24,934 nt of DNA from Lingula anatina (taxonomy: Eukaryota; Animalia; Brachiopoda): the NCBI GenBank assembly GCA_051362555.1, contig CM120646.1:24276642-24301575 (forward strand), written 5' to 3'. The position numbers were made by a program, and so were the translations under genes. Positions within the stretch are counted from its first letter, which is position 1. Each line of letters opens with the position of its first letter. The notes beneath the pieces were generated by a model. The model saw nothing but the letters and a program-made list of their open reading frames with translations. It was not told where the DNA came from and made no database searches. This document shows positions 9,848 to 22,213 of this stretch, piece after piece.

Positions 9848-12303
9848 CTAGAGGATCAGAGAGGCGATACCGCCTCCAAATATTGTACCACCAGCTGGAG
9901 CAAACGCATTCGTATAGACCCCCACATACACAAAATAAGGGACACAGCCACCAGTTTTGTGCTTGACAAGCTGTAAAAATGCAATCAACAAGAATTTTTA
10001 AACTATTGCAAAAAATATATATGGTACAATCAAATTTAAGTTCTTCGTAAGGTAGGTCAAGGGTCAATTTCAAGGTCACAGTAAATTGCCAGTATATGAC
10101 TTCCTATTCAAGTTCAAGAGTAACTATGGACCTATCTCTGTCAAGTTTGAAGTTAAAAGAGAAAGAAATAAACAGAGTTCAGTTCATGATAAAAAGTAGG
10201 TCAAAGGTCAATTTCAAGGTCACACTTAGATTGCCAGTATAGGACTTCCTATTCAACTTCAATAGTAACTATGGACCTATCCCAGCCAGTTTTGGAGATA
10301 AAAGGGAAGCAAAATTTGCAAAATTCAGTTCATGGTGAAAAGTAGGTCAAAGGTCAATTTCAAGGTCACATTTAGATTGCCAGTATATGACTTTCTATTC
10401 AAGTTCAATAGTAACTATGGACCTATCTCAGCCAGTTTTGGAGATAAAAGGGAAGAAAAGTTTGCAAAGTTCAGTTCATGGTGAAAAATAGGTCAAAGGT
10501 CAATTTCAAGGTCACATTTAGATTGCCAGTATATGACTTCCTATTCAAGTTCAATAGTAACTATGGACCTATCTCTGCCAGTTTTGGAGATAAAAGGGAA
10601 GCAAAATTTGCAAAGTTCAGTTTATGGTGAAAAGTAGGACAAAGGTCAATTTTAAGGTCACATTTAGATTGCCAGTATATGACTTCCTATTCAAGTTCAA
10701 TAGTAACTATGGACCTATCTCTGCCAGTTTTGGAGATAAAAGGGAAGCAAATTTTGCAAAGTTCAGTTTATGGTGAAAAGTAGGTCAAAGGTCAATTTCA
10801 AGGTCACATTTAGATTGCCAGTATATGACTTCCTATTCAAGTTCAATAGTAACTATGGACCTATCTCAGCCAGTTTTGGAGATAAAAGGAAAGCAAAATT
10901 TGCAAAATTCAGTTCATGGTGAAAAGTAGGTCAAAGGTCAATTTTAATGTCACATATAGATTGCCAGTATATGACTTCCTATTCAAGTTCAATAGTAACT
11001 ACGGACCTATCTCTGCCAGTTTTGGAGATAAAAGGAAAGCAAAATTTGCAAAATTCAGTTCATGGTGTAAAGTAGGTCAAAGGTCAATTTTAAGGTCACA
11101 TTTAGATTGCCAGTATATGACTTCCTATTCAAGTTCAATAGTAACTATGGACCTATCTCTGCCAGTTTTGGAGATAAAAGGGAAGAAAAATTTGCAAAGT
11201 TCAGTTCATGGTGAAAAGTAGGTCAAAGGTCAATTTCAGGTCATAGTAAGATTGCCAGTATATGACTTCCTATTCAACTTCAATAGTAACTATGGACCTA
11301 TCTCTGCCAGTTTTGGAGATATAAGGGACTAGATGTTATAATTTTGGAGTTACCATAATGTGCCTTAAATTTCGTACAGAAAAAATTAATTAAAATAAAG
11401 AAAATGTCATTTTGGTCAAAATTCTTGAAATAAGAGGTGCTCTGAAGTTTCAGAAGTTCAAATTTGATGAAATAATGTCATTTTTGAACACAAGTTGTCT
11501 GCTTTGCCAAGCCTAATGTTTTATTTTTCCAGAGTTCAAAATTTATTATCCATTACCGTACTGCACATTTTGCTTTTACCACCAATATGTACTTTTTGAT
11601 ACAGCGTAACTCGAAAACCGTATGGAATACAAAAAACCCGAGACCACCTCCAGTGTTGGGCTTTACATGCTCTACAAAATGCAAAAAAGAATGGGTCTCT
11701 AGCATTAACGGTTCCCGAATTAGAGACAGTTTTCAGTTTCGGTATCTTATGGCCGCTACTCCCGTGAAAATGCACCGATTGACCCCAAATTCATGGAGAT
11801 CAAAGATGACCTGAAGGGTAACACTTTCCAATAATATTATTGGTTAAGTCTGTGTGGTGTCTGAATAACAGGGCAAAAAATTTTTTTTTCCTAAAAAATT
11901 TCATTTTTTTGAAAATTTTGGCCCATTTGACCTTGAAGTAAAGGTCAAAGGTCAAATCCAAGGGTATATTTGAAATCTACACATATGACTTTTGGAAAGC
12001 CGTCTATAGAAATTTTTCCCATAACTCCTTCCGTAGGGTAGATAATTAGCATTTAATTTTGCCATTTTTAGACAAGGGTGCATTGCAATGAGTGCCACAC
12101 CCAGACCCCAATACCGACAAAGCCCAAATTTTACGTGGAACGAGTTGAGATTATAGGTGACCTAAATCCATGAGATGGGTATGGGGGGCCTTACCGTCTA
12201 GGAGGAGAAGCGGTAACGGTAGCCGTCCGGCGGAGCCGGCGGAACGATCCGGACGAGACCGAAACCATGTGTACCGCCAGCGCTAACGCTGGTGGTACAA
12301 TAA
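9848..12303 (-). mobile_element. Non-autonomous Helentron/Helitron2 (HINE / DINE-1-like) element, about 2.45 kb
   Basis: Perfect 15-bp asymmetric subterminal IR TATTGTACCACCAGC (9881-9895) / GCTGGTGGTACAATA (12288-12302); 13-bp hairpin 12270-12299; GC-rich microsatellite-like tract 12211-12260; hairpin GAGGCG-atac-CGCCTC 9861-9876 next to terminal CTAG (9848-9851); T-runs at both ends on the minus strand; no TSD; central tandem array. Confidence 0.88.
10051..11328 (+). repeat. 146-bp satellite array, about 8.8 copies
   Basis: Unit anchor AGTAGGTCAAAGGTCA (with minor variants) at 10195, 10341, 10487, 10633, 10779, 10925, 11071 and 11217 (period exactly 146), plus a diverged first unit at 10051. 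Confidence 0.98.
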
Positions 12304-13294
12304 CCAAGACCCAAAAACCAAGGAAGGCATCAGTCCTTTAAGTAAAAAATAACTTTTGGTCGTCCGTATATTACTGTATAGCGTAACACTCAGCTCCTTT
12401 CTATCTACAGGCTATATTATCACACTAATACTATACTGCTTCCCCTACAGCACCAGAAGATGTGTTAAAAATTCAAAATAAAACTGAAAATATAATACAC
12501 AAATAAATGCTATTACTATTAAAGTTCAAACCTTCTGATACAATATCTTTTCTGCTTTACAAGTACATATATACAATAACGGTATGTCATTGTCAGTTCA
12601 GAATGACTATACCTTACAAAATGATTCTCTTTCTGGCCAAAACTAATAAGAAAACCTTATGTATAGATTTCTGCACAAAAAAATGTGACTGCAAATATGG
12701 ATTTTTTTTTTCTTTTTTGTGATGTCCACATGATAGGGAGAGATTAAGAAGTCATGTTCAGACCATAAAAGAAAATCTGGTTTAACACATTTCAATATTA
12801 ATGTGTAAAAGATGCTCACCACAGTAAAATGTGACTTGTACAAAAATGTATTTCTTAAAAACTCAAATCATAATTAACACCACACTGAGCCTATCATATG
12901 AGATACGCGGGTATTCAATGCAGAACTAGAAGTCAATGTAGAAGAAATAGATATAATAATTATAATAATGAAAATAATTATAGCATATTGCAGAGAAAGT
13001 AAATGATGAAGATAAAAACACTTTTTGTGATCACGAAGCATTTGAAATCAAACAAACCAAATATGCAATACTCCTTTTGCAACTTGTAAAAAATTTGAGA
13101 CTTGTCTTTGAGTCCATTGATGGGCTTTGTGAACAGGTGAATAGGAATGGTTCAAAAGCTTTGTAACACTGACAAATAAAATCCAAACAAAAGCTTTGCA
13201 TGCCATAGTAGAGCAAAAGCTTTAAGCAGGTTGTAGTAGCAATATTGTGTTAGAGAAGACAGCACACTAAAACTACTGCACCCTTATATACAGC

Positions 13295-13300
13295 TTTATT
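13295..13300 (-). terminator. Candidate AATAAA polyA signal for the minus-strand receptor gene
   Basis: TTTATT on + strand about 1.7 kb downstream of the TGA at 14998; an alternative lies near 13629. Confidence 0.3.
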
Positions 13301-13795
13301 GGAGCTTTCAAAAATTAAATCAAGTTATTTTTAATATGGAAAAAGTTAATTTTAATGTAAAACAATATTGACGAATAAAAACTATATTTTATAAGAATGA
13401 TATTTCCATGGTCTAACAAAAAGACCCTTTTTTCTTTTCCTTTTTTGCTGATGAACATCACGCACCCTACATGCCTAAAATCCTGATTCATTGAATATAT
13501 TAATGTGTATAAACGATGTATCAAAAAAAGTTTGCAATTAAGTTACAAAATAAAAAGAAGCCATTACCCATTTTCAGGAACTGTCTACATAATTCTACGA
13601 ACTTAAATTTTTTAAAACATTTTTATCATTTATTGATTTATCATGACTTTTATAATTTCATATTCCCATTCTTATAATCTAAAGCTACAATATATGTGTA
13701 GATATTAAAGAAGCTGATATGTTTTTTAAAATCACGAAATGTACATCATTTTTTTAAACTTTGACATAACTGCCCCCAGATTAAGTGACTCTCTC

Positions 13796-13973
13796 AAGTC
13801 CCATACAGAACAGACGACTAACCAGTCCCAGGGTCAAACATGGTGACCCACTACAAAGCTTGCCATTTAATCCAATTATAGGCATCGAATAGGTATCCCG
13901 TGGGGAAGTATTCAAGTGGGTCGGCCATATTTGCCCCTCTGACAAGTTAGTCCCCTATTCTGAATGAGGCCTT
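13796..13973. mobile_element. Old degenerate MITE with about 58-bp inverted arms
   Basis: AAGTCCCATACAGAACAGACGACTAAC...ATGGTGACCCACT aligns at roughly 70% by eye with the reverse complement of AGTGGGTCGGCCATAT...GTTAGTCCCCTATTCTGAATGAGGCCTT. Confidence 0.6.
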
Positions 13974-14997
13974 CGTTAATATTCTTATAATTTTCAAATG
14001 ACTGCAAAGCAGAAAATGCACTGCCTGCTGTGAAAATGGCTACATTCCAATGGTAAAACTTGCCACTAGACTAGTAATAAAAACTTATGACCAGGGACAT
14101 GGCCCATAAGCTTCAAAATGAAAACATCTCAGTACACCTGAGCTTGGCTCTTGCTGGAGTAAGGTACTAGTAATTTATCTTCCAGAAGTGAGAGAGACAT
14201 TTCATGATTCAGCCTTCGTTTAACACTTGTCTTAGACTACAGTGTAAAACAAAGCCATTTTCCCCTGAACAATTTCATATTATTATAAAGTTAATAAAAG
14301 CACAGCAAATAACCAGTTGAAGTTATACAATAAAATTAGTGAGGATGAAACTTTAAAATTTTCACGATAATTCAACAAAAACAGGATCCATTAATCACGT
14401 TCCTAAAATCTGGTAAAAAAAAAGTGCTTTAAAATGGAGCAAGTCAACCACCAGTGACCTTGCTGGAAGTTAGTGATATGCCTTTGTGATTCAGATTATG
14501 ATCATTTTCAAAAATGAAATTTTGCTCCTTTTTTTAAAAAAGTGTAATCCATATACAGAAGTTTCTGGGCTAAAAACTACAAAGTTTGCTGCTGTTACAA
14601 CTTACAATTTACCCAATGCTGCACAACTACTAAATTCTGACATCAAAAGGCATAACTACACCCAACTACACACAGGCATGCACAGGCATGTTGACTATTT
14701 TTATCAAAAGCGGTTTAATACTTCAGATAATGACTCGATCTTTTCAATGGGCAAAAATTATCAGACTTTCAGATACATCATTTTAAAATCATAAAAATTG
14801 TATATTCTTTACAAAAGCATTTGTGGTGCTTTTAATGCATAAAATAAAACTATAAGGTAGTCTGCAGCTGCTTCCTTTAAATTTTGTACTAACCATAGGA
14901 ATTAATGCTCTTATTTTAAGAAATTATGACTTAAAAATATGGTATCAGTAAAACTGACATTTTTCCCCATTGACAAGTCATTACCATATATTCTGTT

Positions 14998-15129
14998 TCA
15001 AACTCTTTTTATTTCTGCGTATTCCGTGTTTTCAGGCACTTTGAGTTGTGTTTTGCGTTTGGGTACTGCAGGTTTTCCGTGGATCTGAAGATCGGCATAT
15101 ACAATACCCTCCACATTTTTCTTCAAAGG
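14998..15129 (-). CDS. Terminal coding exon of putative ITIM/ITSM-bearing membrane receptor
   Basis: Acceptor ctgtttttatttccag, phase 0; PLKKNVEGIVYADLQIHGKPAVPKRKTQLKVPENTEYAEIKRV*; ITIM IVYADL and ITSM TEYAEI; GC content higher than flanks. Confidence 0.88.
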   Translation of the reverse strand, partial: PLKKNVEGIVYADLQIHGKPAVPKRKTQLKVPENTEYAEIKRV

Positions 15130-15985
15130 CTGGAAATAAAAACAGTGTTACATTGTTTACAGAATTTTACATTTCTTCTTGTTATATCTGTCACAATTTT
15201 CTACATACAAGCTGATATCACAAAAGAAACCAAAGTTTCACTCTCAATTAGTAACAAATCACATCAACATTTGATCAAACATGCTTCCTCACACCTGACA
15301 ATTTTATGTTGAAGGGGATTGAAAAGGTCAAGGTTGCCAAATGGTTGGGTAAAGAATGAAATCATTTTCAATGGTTTGTTTCCTATCTAATTATAATTAT
15401 TATAAGAAGGATTATACATGAAACATTTAAATAATTTGAATTAGCCACTGATAGATAAATCATGTTACGCAGATTTTTAAAAACTTCATATGAAAATGTC
15501 CATTTCCAAATCTTGCAATTTAGTGTGGCAAATCAAACACAAAAGGAAATGTTTTTTTTTCTTTACCAATGCATAGTGAAGAGTTATTCACAGTACAAGA
15601 TAAACCAACTGATAGGAATCAATATAACGGATTATGCAGAGGGCAATAACCATGAAAACATACTTCAATAGATTTCAACATGAATGAAATTTTACACATT
15701 TTACACACTTAAATCAAACAGATAAAAGTTTCACACAAACAAACACAATGGCCACCCATTAGTCATAAAAATATATGATTTAGAATACATAAATAAATGA
15801 CGAATCATGCCCTACTTCTGTCTACACAACAACTACGTGTTAAATAAATATTTTTTTCTGCAAAACCAACTTTTGTTCACAAAAGAGGAAATTACAACTT
15901 TTTCAAAAATTAGTTGGTCCATCTGAGACACATCCACAATTTACTTCAAGAAATTCAGTGTTGGTGCAAATGTTAATTTGATTTC

Positions 15986-16208
15986 AGGACCATTCCCAGA
16001 CCCCACCTTCTCGCTTAATCACAATCAACTCAAGCAACCTAGATGTCGGTCACGCCTACTGAAGCAGATAGGGAGTAATTAATTATCATTTAGCAGCTTC
16101 AGTAGGCGTGCCAGACATCTAAGCCGCTTAAGCTGAAAGCAATTTAACAAGAAACACCTCAGGGATGGATCAGTTCTGTTAGATTGACCTAGGTATGGGA
16201 ACCCAGTC
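15986..16208. mobile_element. Palindromic MITE, family A copy 3 (diverged)
   Basis: Perfect 15-bp inner IR CACGCCTACTGAAGC (16051-16065) / GCTTCAGTAGGCGTG (16096-16110); shares GCGTG..GACAT.TAAGCCG with copies 1 and 2; ends GGACCATTCCCA / TGGGAACCCAGTC. Confidence 0.7.
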
Positions 16209-17831
16209 TTAGATGTAGGTAAATTGGTCTGCCTGTGTCTGTGTGTATGTGAGAGGGCGGAGGATTCAAGATGGCGGACAGTTCATGGTCCTGTCTTTTT
16301 TCTGAGAAGCACGTGTGAATGACCATAAAACATTTATCACATACAACGAGATGTCATGCTTACTCTGATGATCACAATAACACACACACACAACAGTGAC
16401 AACATCAAATATATCACATTGAATATAAACAGTGAAATCATAATAAATAATAATGCTACTGTGTCAAAGAAAATGTTATCCCCAACTAAAAGCCAAGACA
16501 ACACCAATGGCGGACCTCTTCTCCCTCACCTGCTCTAAGGTCCAGTTTATTTGAGAAAGGGCTAAGAAAATACAAGACATCTTAAGACAAAGCTGTTGTA
16601 AAAAGTGGAAAGAAAAAATACAGAGTCGAGACAAGGAGACTTTGTTATTTTTCAACATTATTAGATATATATTGGCCTGGAATGAAAGTCTGTTACAAAA
16701 ACATGTGAGACATTTACACTTGGTCCCAAAAACATAAAACAGAACATGTTCCTGTTCTCATTTCTGAGCTTTCGATCTAAAACCTACTGTGTTGCCTAGA
16801 CTGTGCTGGGTTTGCAAACATCTTCATACACGAATGGGAGATGCAAATAATCTTTTACCATTATTATTTTTCTAAACATAAATAATTGATCAATTTCATG
16901 CTTCATTTCAGAGAGATAATTGGGCTGGAAGTCCAAATCCCTACTTTCACTTCAGTGCATTTGGTTCAGTTGTAGCTGTCACACCTAACACATTCCCCCT
17001 TTGGGCCACCAACTGCTAGCGCCACCTTTAATCTCCTCTTCAATTCCTTGAACAGTAATGTCCCTTTTTAGTGAAACAGTACCACGATTTCTATTTTGAC
17101 TTCGTACACAACAGGTTAACCATTTTGCCACACCTTGTGTGTACAAACCTACTGAGCTGTGTCTTTCCCTACATTACAGGATATATAGACACCAGGGACT
17201 TTTAGTTGAGGGTCTTTTCAATTCTATGATATGAACTAAGGAAATATCTTTGCAAAATATGAAAAAGAAATTATGACGCTGGGACTTTTTCAAACATGGA
17301 TTGAATACTAGTACTTTAAATTTGTTAGAAAGAAAATGGTTGCAACTTCTAAAAACAAATCTACAGATTGCAATTAATTATTATCATTTTAATTTTTTTG
17401 CTCTACATGATAAGGAATGGCACCCACATTAAGTAATTATCAATAATGCACTCTGAGGAGAGAACGGCAATGCAGGTGCATGTTAAAAAAGGACAGTAAC
17501 GCCACACCTTTAACCTTGTGCCCAGCTTTGATGCACATAGCTCTGGGTCGCATTTCCACTTTACTTGTGACAGTTCAGCTCAGACTACACCAACTATGAT
17601 AGGAGACCAATCTAACAGTGAGTGACCTATCCAAATGGCACTGGATGCAGCAGGGCAGTGAGGGTGATTCTCATGTTTATAAATCATTATCAAATGATTG
17701 AGGACGTCTATACTGAGTTAAAATGTCACAAATTGACTGGAAATGACCCCCAAATAGGCAAGTTTGCCTCGTCATTAATAGCAAAATGCGCTACAAAGAC
17801 AAGCAAAAAAAAATTAAAAAATAAAATAAAT

Positions 17832-17990
17832 CAGAAGTGGATCCAGGACTTCGAAGGATTTCTTTTCTTTTTTAAAATTCTATACCTCTCTTGTGATGAA
17901 GGGTCTACAGGCAGTTGGGGTGGGCAGTGGGCAGAGAAGGCTGAGGACCCCCCCCTCCCTCTTCCTAACAGATACCTGGATCAACCCCTG
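17832..17990. mobile_element. Small MITE with CAGGGGTGGATCCAGG-type TIRs
   Basis: CAGAAGTGGATCCAGG vs reverse complement of CCTGGATCAACCCCTG matches at 13/16; G/C-run interior. Confidence 0.55.
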
Positions 17991-19005
17991 CATGCAATGG
18001 CATTACAACAGCAAGGCATGCATTAAGCTAGAACAGCAATGGTTATCATATACCTGATGCTACCTATACGCTGGTTACTGCTGAAATAATGGCGACAATT
18101 CGGTTATTTTACTGCTGCAATCACGATGTCTTTTATGTCAATCTTAATCTATCATATGCAAATATAAATATCACATTTTTTTGTTTTGATTCCTAAAAAA
18201 CAAACAACCTGCACAGACTGCAGTACTAAATATTCAAGAAATTCAATAATATTAAATTTTTTTTCTAAAACTGCAATCAAAAGGGATGAAATTGTATTTA
18301 ATTATATTCTGAGAACTGTATTTTTGACAATATTTTACTTGACAATGTATAATAAAAACAAATTATTTTATAATGTTTTCGAAAAAAAAATGGATACCCC
18401 TGATATTATCTCCATTCTTAGACTGAAAACACAAGAAGTATTATGTATATTGACTTAAACCCAAACTCTTACATCTTTAAACAGCGCTAGAGTGAAAAGC
18501 ACATAAGAAAAAAGATCATTGATTTTTTTCAGGGAGGAATGGCAAACAGTGTGAGACTGAGGCTTTTATGATCAATGTCAAAATCAAAAGATATCAAATA
18601 TTCAGACCAACAACTCATCCTCCTTTTATTACTTGGAAGAAAATAATCATAAGAATTTAGAAATGAAATATCTGACAAAACACCTGCAATAAAGGAGTGG
18701 CAAAGCAGACAGACATTAGGAATGCACGGTTGAACAGATACACAAGACCCTTCCTGCAAATACTGAAATATTAACACCACCTGAATTTTCCTCGTGACAC
18801 GTGCACGCCCTCGAGCTCTCTCAGGCATTAACGACACAATATCCCAGAAATCAATTTCAAGGAGCTAGCTCATCCGAGAAAATTCCTAATCAATATCAGA
18901 TAGGGTCAATTTTGCAAGAGCTGCTGAAGCAAATTAATAAAGATGATGCTAATCCGGCATGCTGCGTTAATGGAAGACCCATTATCAAGGCGTCTTCTGT
19001 GATTC

Positions 19006-19197
19006 TCGTCCACGCAGCACATGCCAGTCCTTAATCAGTAGGATGGGTATTAAATTGGCCCTGAAGGCACAGACATGCAATAGCATAGTAACGCAGGCAG
19101 TTAAGTATTTATAACTAATTGAGCTAATTGCAAATCCACTCGGTTCATGTCTTCGGATTTGGCTGCAATTTCGAGATTTCATGATGCTGCGTGGCGA
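19006..19197. repeat. Imperfect inverted repeat, probable old MITE
   Basis: TCGTCCACGCAGCACATG (19006) vs CATGATGCTGCGTGGCGA (19180-19197). Confidence 0.45.
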
Positions 19198-20568
19198 CCC
19201 CTATCCATGGGCCGGGGCACCTTTACCACCAGTGCATCCTGGGAAGTAGACTGTATCAACCCCATGCTGTTAGTTTATCCATAGTCCTGGACCACATATA
19301 TAAGCAGAGATTCCAAGATTTTGCTTTCTTTGACTTCAAGTTCAGCTAAAGCGTGCAGTCAATGTAACAAAAGTTATAAGTAAGGGCCCTTCATCTGCAT
19401 GATCAAGAATACATATATCTGCACACACACAGGGTGGCAATGCTGGTGCGAAAAAAGCCATAATAAGTTTAAGCCCCTCCTCTGTATAATAAACACCATA
19501 CATGACCCCATGTCTAAGGAGGTGCTAATTAGCGTGTCCAAACTTGACAGCATGTAATATTGATGGAGTGTTATCCCCCTGTGGCTTGCGTGCAGCACAC
19601 CCTCACATAACGACCCCCGCATGTAATATGCATGACTCTAGGAGACGGCATTTCACGAACTATAGTACTATGTATGAGTTACTACAGAGTGGGCAATAAT
19701 GAGAGAGGGTCTTAATGAGACAAATGGTCATCCACTGGTGAGCTATTTTCCTGTTAGTCTCTTTAACTCTCTTTTTATTCAATATTTACTTGATTAATAA
19801 TGTTCAACTTTTCCTTTTTTCATTCTTTACTTTTTCCTTTACTATATACCTCTTTTCATTATTCCTTCACACTAATATGCAAGTTCTTTTTGGGTTACAT
19901 AAAGGAAAAACTTACTCCTTCCCCCCAAACTTTTGCCACTGTGAGAACACGAACCCTAATTTGCCCACCTTACACCTTCCCATGCCTGATGGCGCCACAG
20001 GCACGGAAGTCAACATACTCTTTTTTTCTTGAATATTCTGTACAGCCAAACCATTCTAGAATTATTGGACGAAATAATAACCAAAATGAAGAGAAACCAA
20101 TTAGAGGCCTATTCTTAAGTTCATGCTTCAGCATGAAAATGATTCCTTTCCTTTTTTTATCTAGTAGAGAGTTTCCCTGCCATTAGCCAAAGGGGTGGTT
20201 GCTGCTCTCTTGTTACCATAAAAATCAATGCAGTTATTTGTGAAAACAGCCAAGATCACCTGCTCCTTTGCCTTGACTAATAAAGTACAGAAAACACTAG
20301 ACAGAACAAGACAAAGTACATTTTAGTTTTTACCACTTTCAACAAAGATATCCTGAAAGTCCAAATACTATTACTGAAAGAAAACAACAAACAGACAAAC
20401 AAACAAAAACCTTTAACATCAGTCCTAAAATATGATAGCTGTTTTTAAGATCAGGATTAAAAAAAAAAAATTATTGTAGTGTCATTGATAGTGTTATTTT
20501 ATCAATTAGGAATTTAAATTGCTTAAAAGCAATGTGAAACACCTGTAGGTATAGTGTTATAAACTTAC

Positions 20569-20656
20569 ATCATCCTCCTTAGTAAAGTTGCCGTTCTTGT
20601 CATCCATATGTTCTGGGCTACTGTAGCCATCATTGGGGGCGCCCTCTGCATCTGGT
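20569..20656 (-). CDS. Receptor cytoplasmic-tail exon (penultimate)
   Basis: Acceptor tcctttcactttcacttccag, donor GAT|GTAAGT; phase 2 to 0; PDAEGAPNDGYSSPEHMDDKNGNFTKEDD; splices in frame to the terminal exon. Confidence 0.82.
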
Positions 20657-21663
20657 CTGGAAGTGAAAGTGAAAGGAGATAAACATATGATTTGTGTGCA
20701 GACAATTCAAGAAATAATTCATTAAATGACACAACAATTAAGAGAATAAAATGAGATGTCAATGCATTTTTACATTACTTAGGACATTTATCTTTATTGA
20801 ATAGATTTCAAGAGTATCATTGTGAAGAAACACCCATTTTCTTTTCTTTTAACCTTTATAATGAAAAGCAACATACAAATAAAATACTAATTAAACACAA
20901 GTGGGTGATGTAATTTTCTAATGTCAGATGGTTAGATGGTCATATTTGGTGACAGTATTTGACAATGTACATTAATTGAATAAATGATTATTGAGATTCA
21001 AAATTAATTTGTTCAGCATTCTGATCCCTCGTCGACTCGATCTGTATTAATTCAAAGTCACAGTCCAGTCGTATACAGTTTTTATTTAACCCCCTCCCCT
21101 CACTACTAAAAATCTTCTCTACGCATATTTCCTCGTAATTATAGTATTGTGGTTCTCTTTGATCATCATTAGGGCCTACGCTAACCTTCCCCATCATATA
21201 CCAAACTATGTGAGTGTGTACAGTGTAAATGTCAGTAATGTGGGGGTAACCTTCTCCACAGAGAGCCTGACATTCAGGCAGGGTCAGGACTACAGGTGGA
21301 GCTACTACCTTGTCTTTACTATGGTATTTGGGTGTTGAGAGAGAAAACAGCACCCTGGTCTAAATATACACCTCAGGACAGTGCTGGAAAGTGGTGGTTT
21401 TTCAGAAGCTTTGAATGATTTTGTTCATCCCTCGTGTGCAGTGTGAATTTGCAACTATTTACTTTTATTTTCTGATCTAAGGAAAAGGATTTTTAACTTT
21501 CGTTTTCTGTTAGTAGTAATCAAAATTTATTTTAGTAGTTTACTTAGAAACATTTAATAAGTAAATATACAAAACAACAGGTTGTGAGTGAAAGTTTTGA
21601 TCATTTTTGGGACATAGTCTTTTAACCAGTCTGATACACATAATTCATAACCAAAGGCCTAAC

Positions 21664-21689
21664 TAATTAATTAATTAATTAATTAATTA
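21664..21689. repeat. (TAAT)n microsatellite
   Basis: About 6 tandem TAAT units. Confidence 0.85.
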
Positions 21690-22213
21690 CTTCTGACAAC
21701 AGGGCCAAATATAGTGTTGGGATGCTCATGTTACAACTTGTTGGGGAGACTTGGAAAAGAAATCAATTTAACAGGTGTATTAAAAATACACACAATTTTC
21801 TGGGTTATCAATAAACACGCTGATTTTCAAGTTAAAAGTGACAACATGAAATGGAAATTGCATGACAACATGGTCTGAAAACCAAACATCATGGAAGGTG
21901 ATTAAGCATGCACCACTGCACACCATCTGCAAATAAAAGCACGAAGACACGGAAAAAAGTTGTTTACTGATCACCGAAGTCTTTGATTTTTTTTATACAA
22001 TCAACCAAAATAAACATAATTATCTTAGGGTTGGGCACAAAATAAATAACCAAAGTGATATATTTACTTAAACTTTCAATAACAATTCAAATCAAACATG
22101 AGAAAAAAATATGAATAAAAACGGAGGAGAAACATACACAGAAATCATGGTGATGAATAATACGGTTGTCCAAAAACTGATAATACGTAGAAATGTTGTG
22201 ATGAATTCATTCT

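Noticed and set aside
10051-11328. CRISPR-like array or coding repeat (ORF 10916-11221)
   Set aside because: Whole units repeat with no unique spacers; 146 is not a multiple of 3; eukaryotic context inside a transposon.
16267-16277. YY1 motif CAAGATGGCGG
   Set aside because: Single motif next to a MITE with no other promoter evidence.
17017-17032. CTCF-like TAGCGCCACCT
   Set aside because: The second half of the motif (expected AGTGG-like) is missing.
17886-17964. GC-rich minus-strand exon candidate / ORF 17622-18026
   Set aside because: 79 nt, in-frame TAG in the required phase, and it lies inside a MITE.
20988-21353. 121-aa minus ORF and overlapping plus ORF
   Set aside because: No recognisable domain and no phase-compatible splice pair; non-ATG starts.
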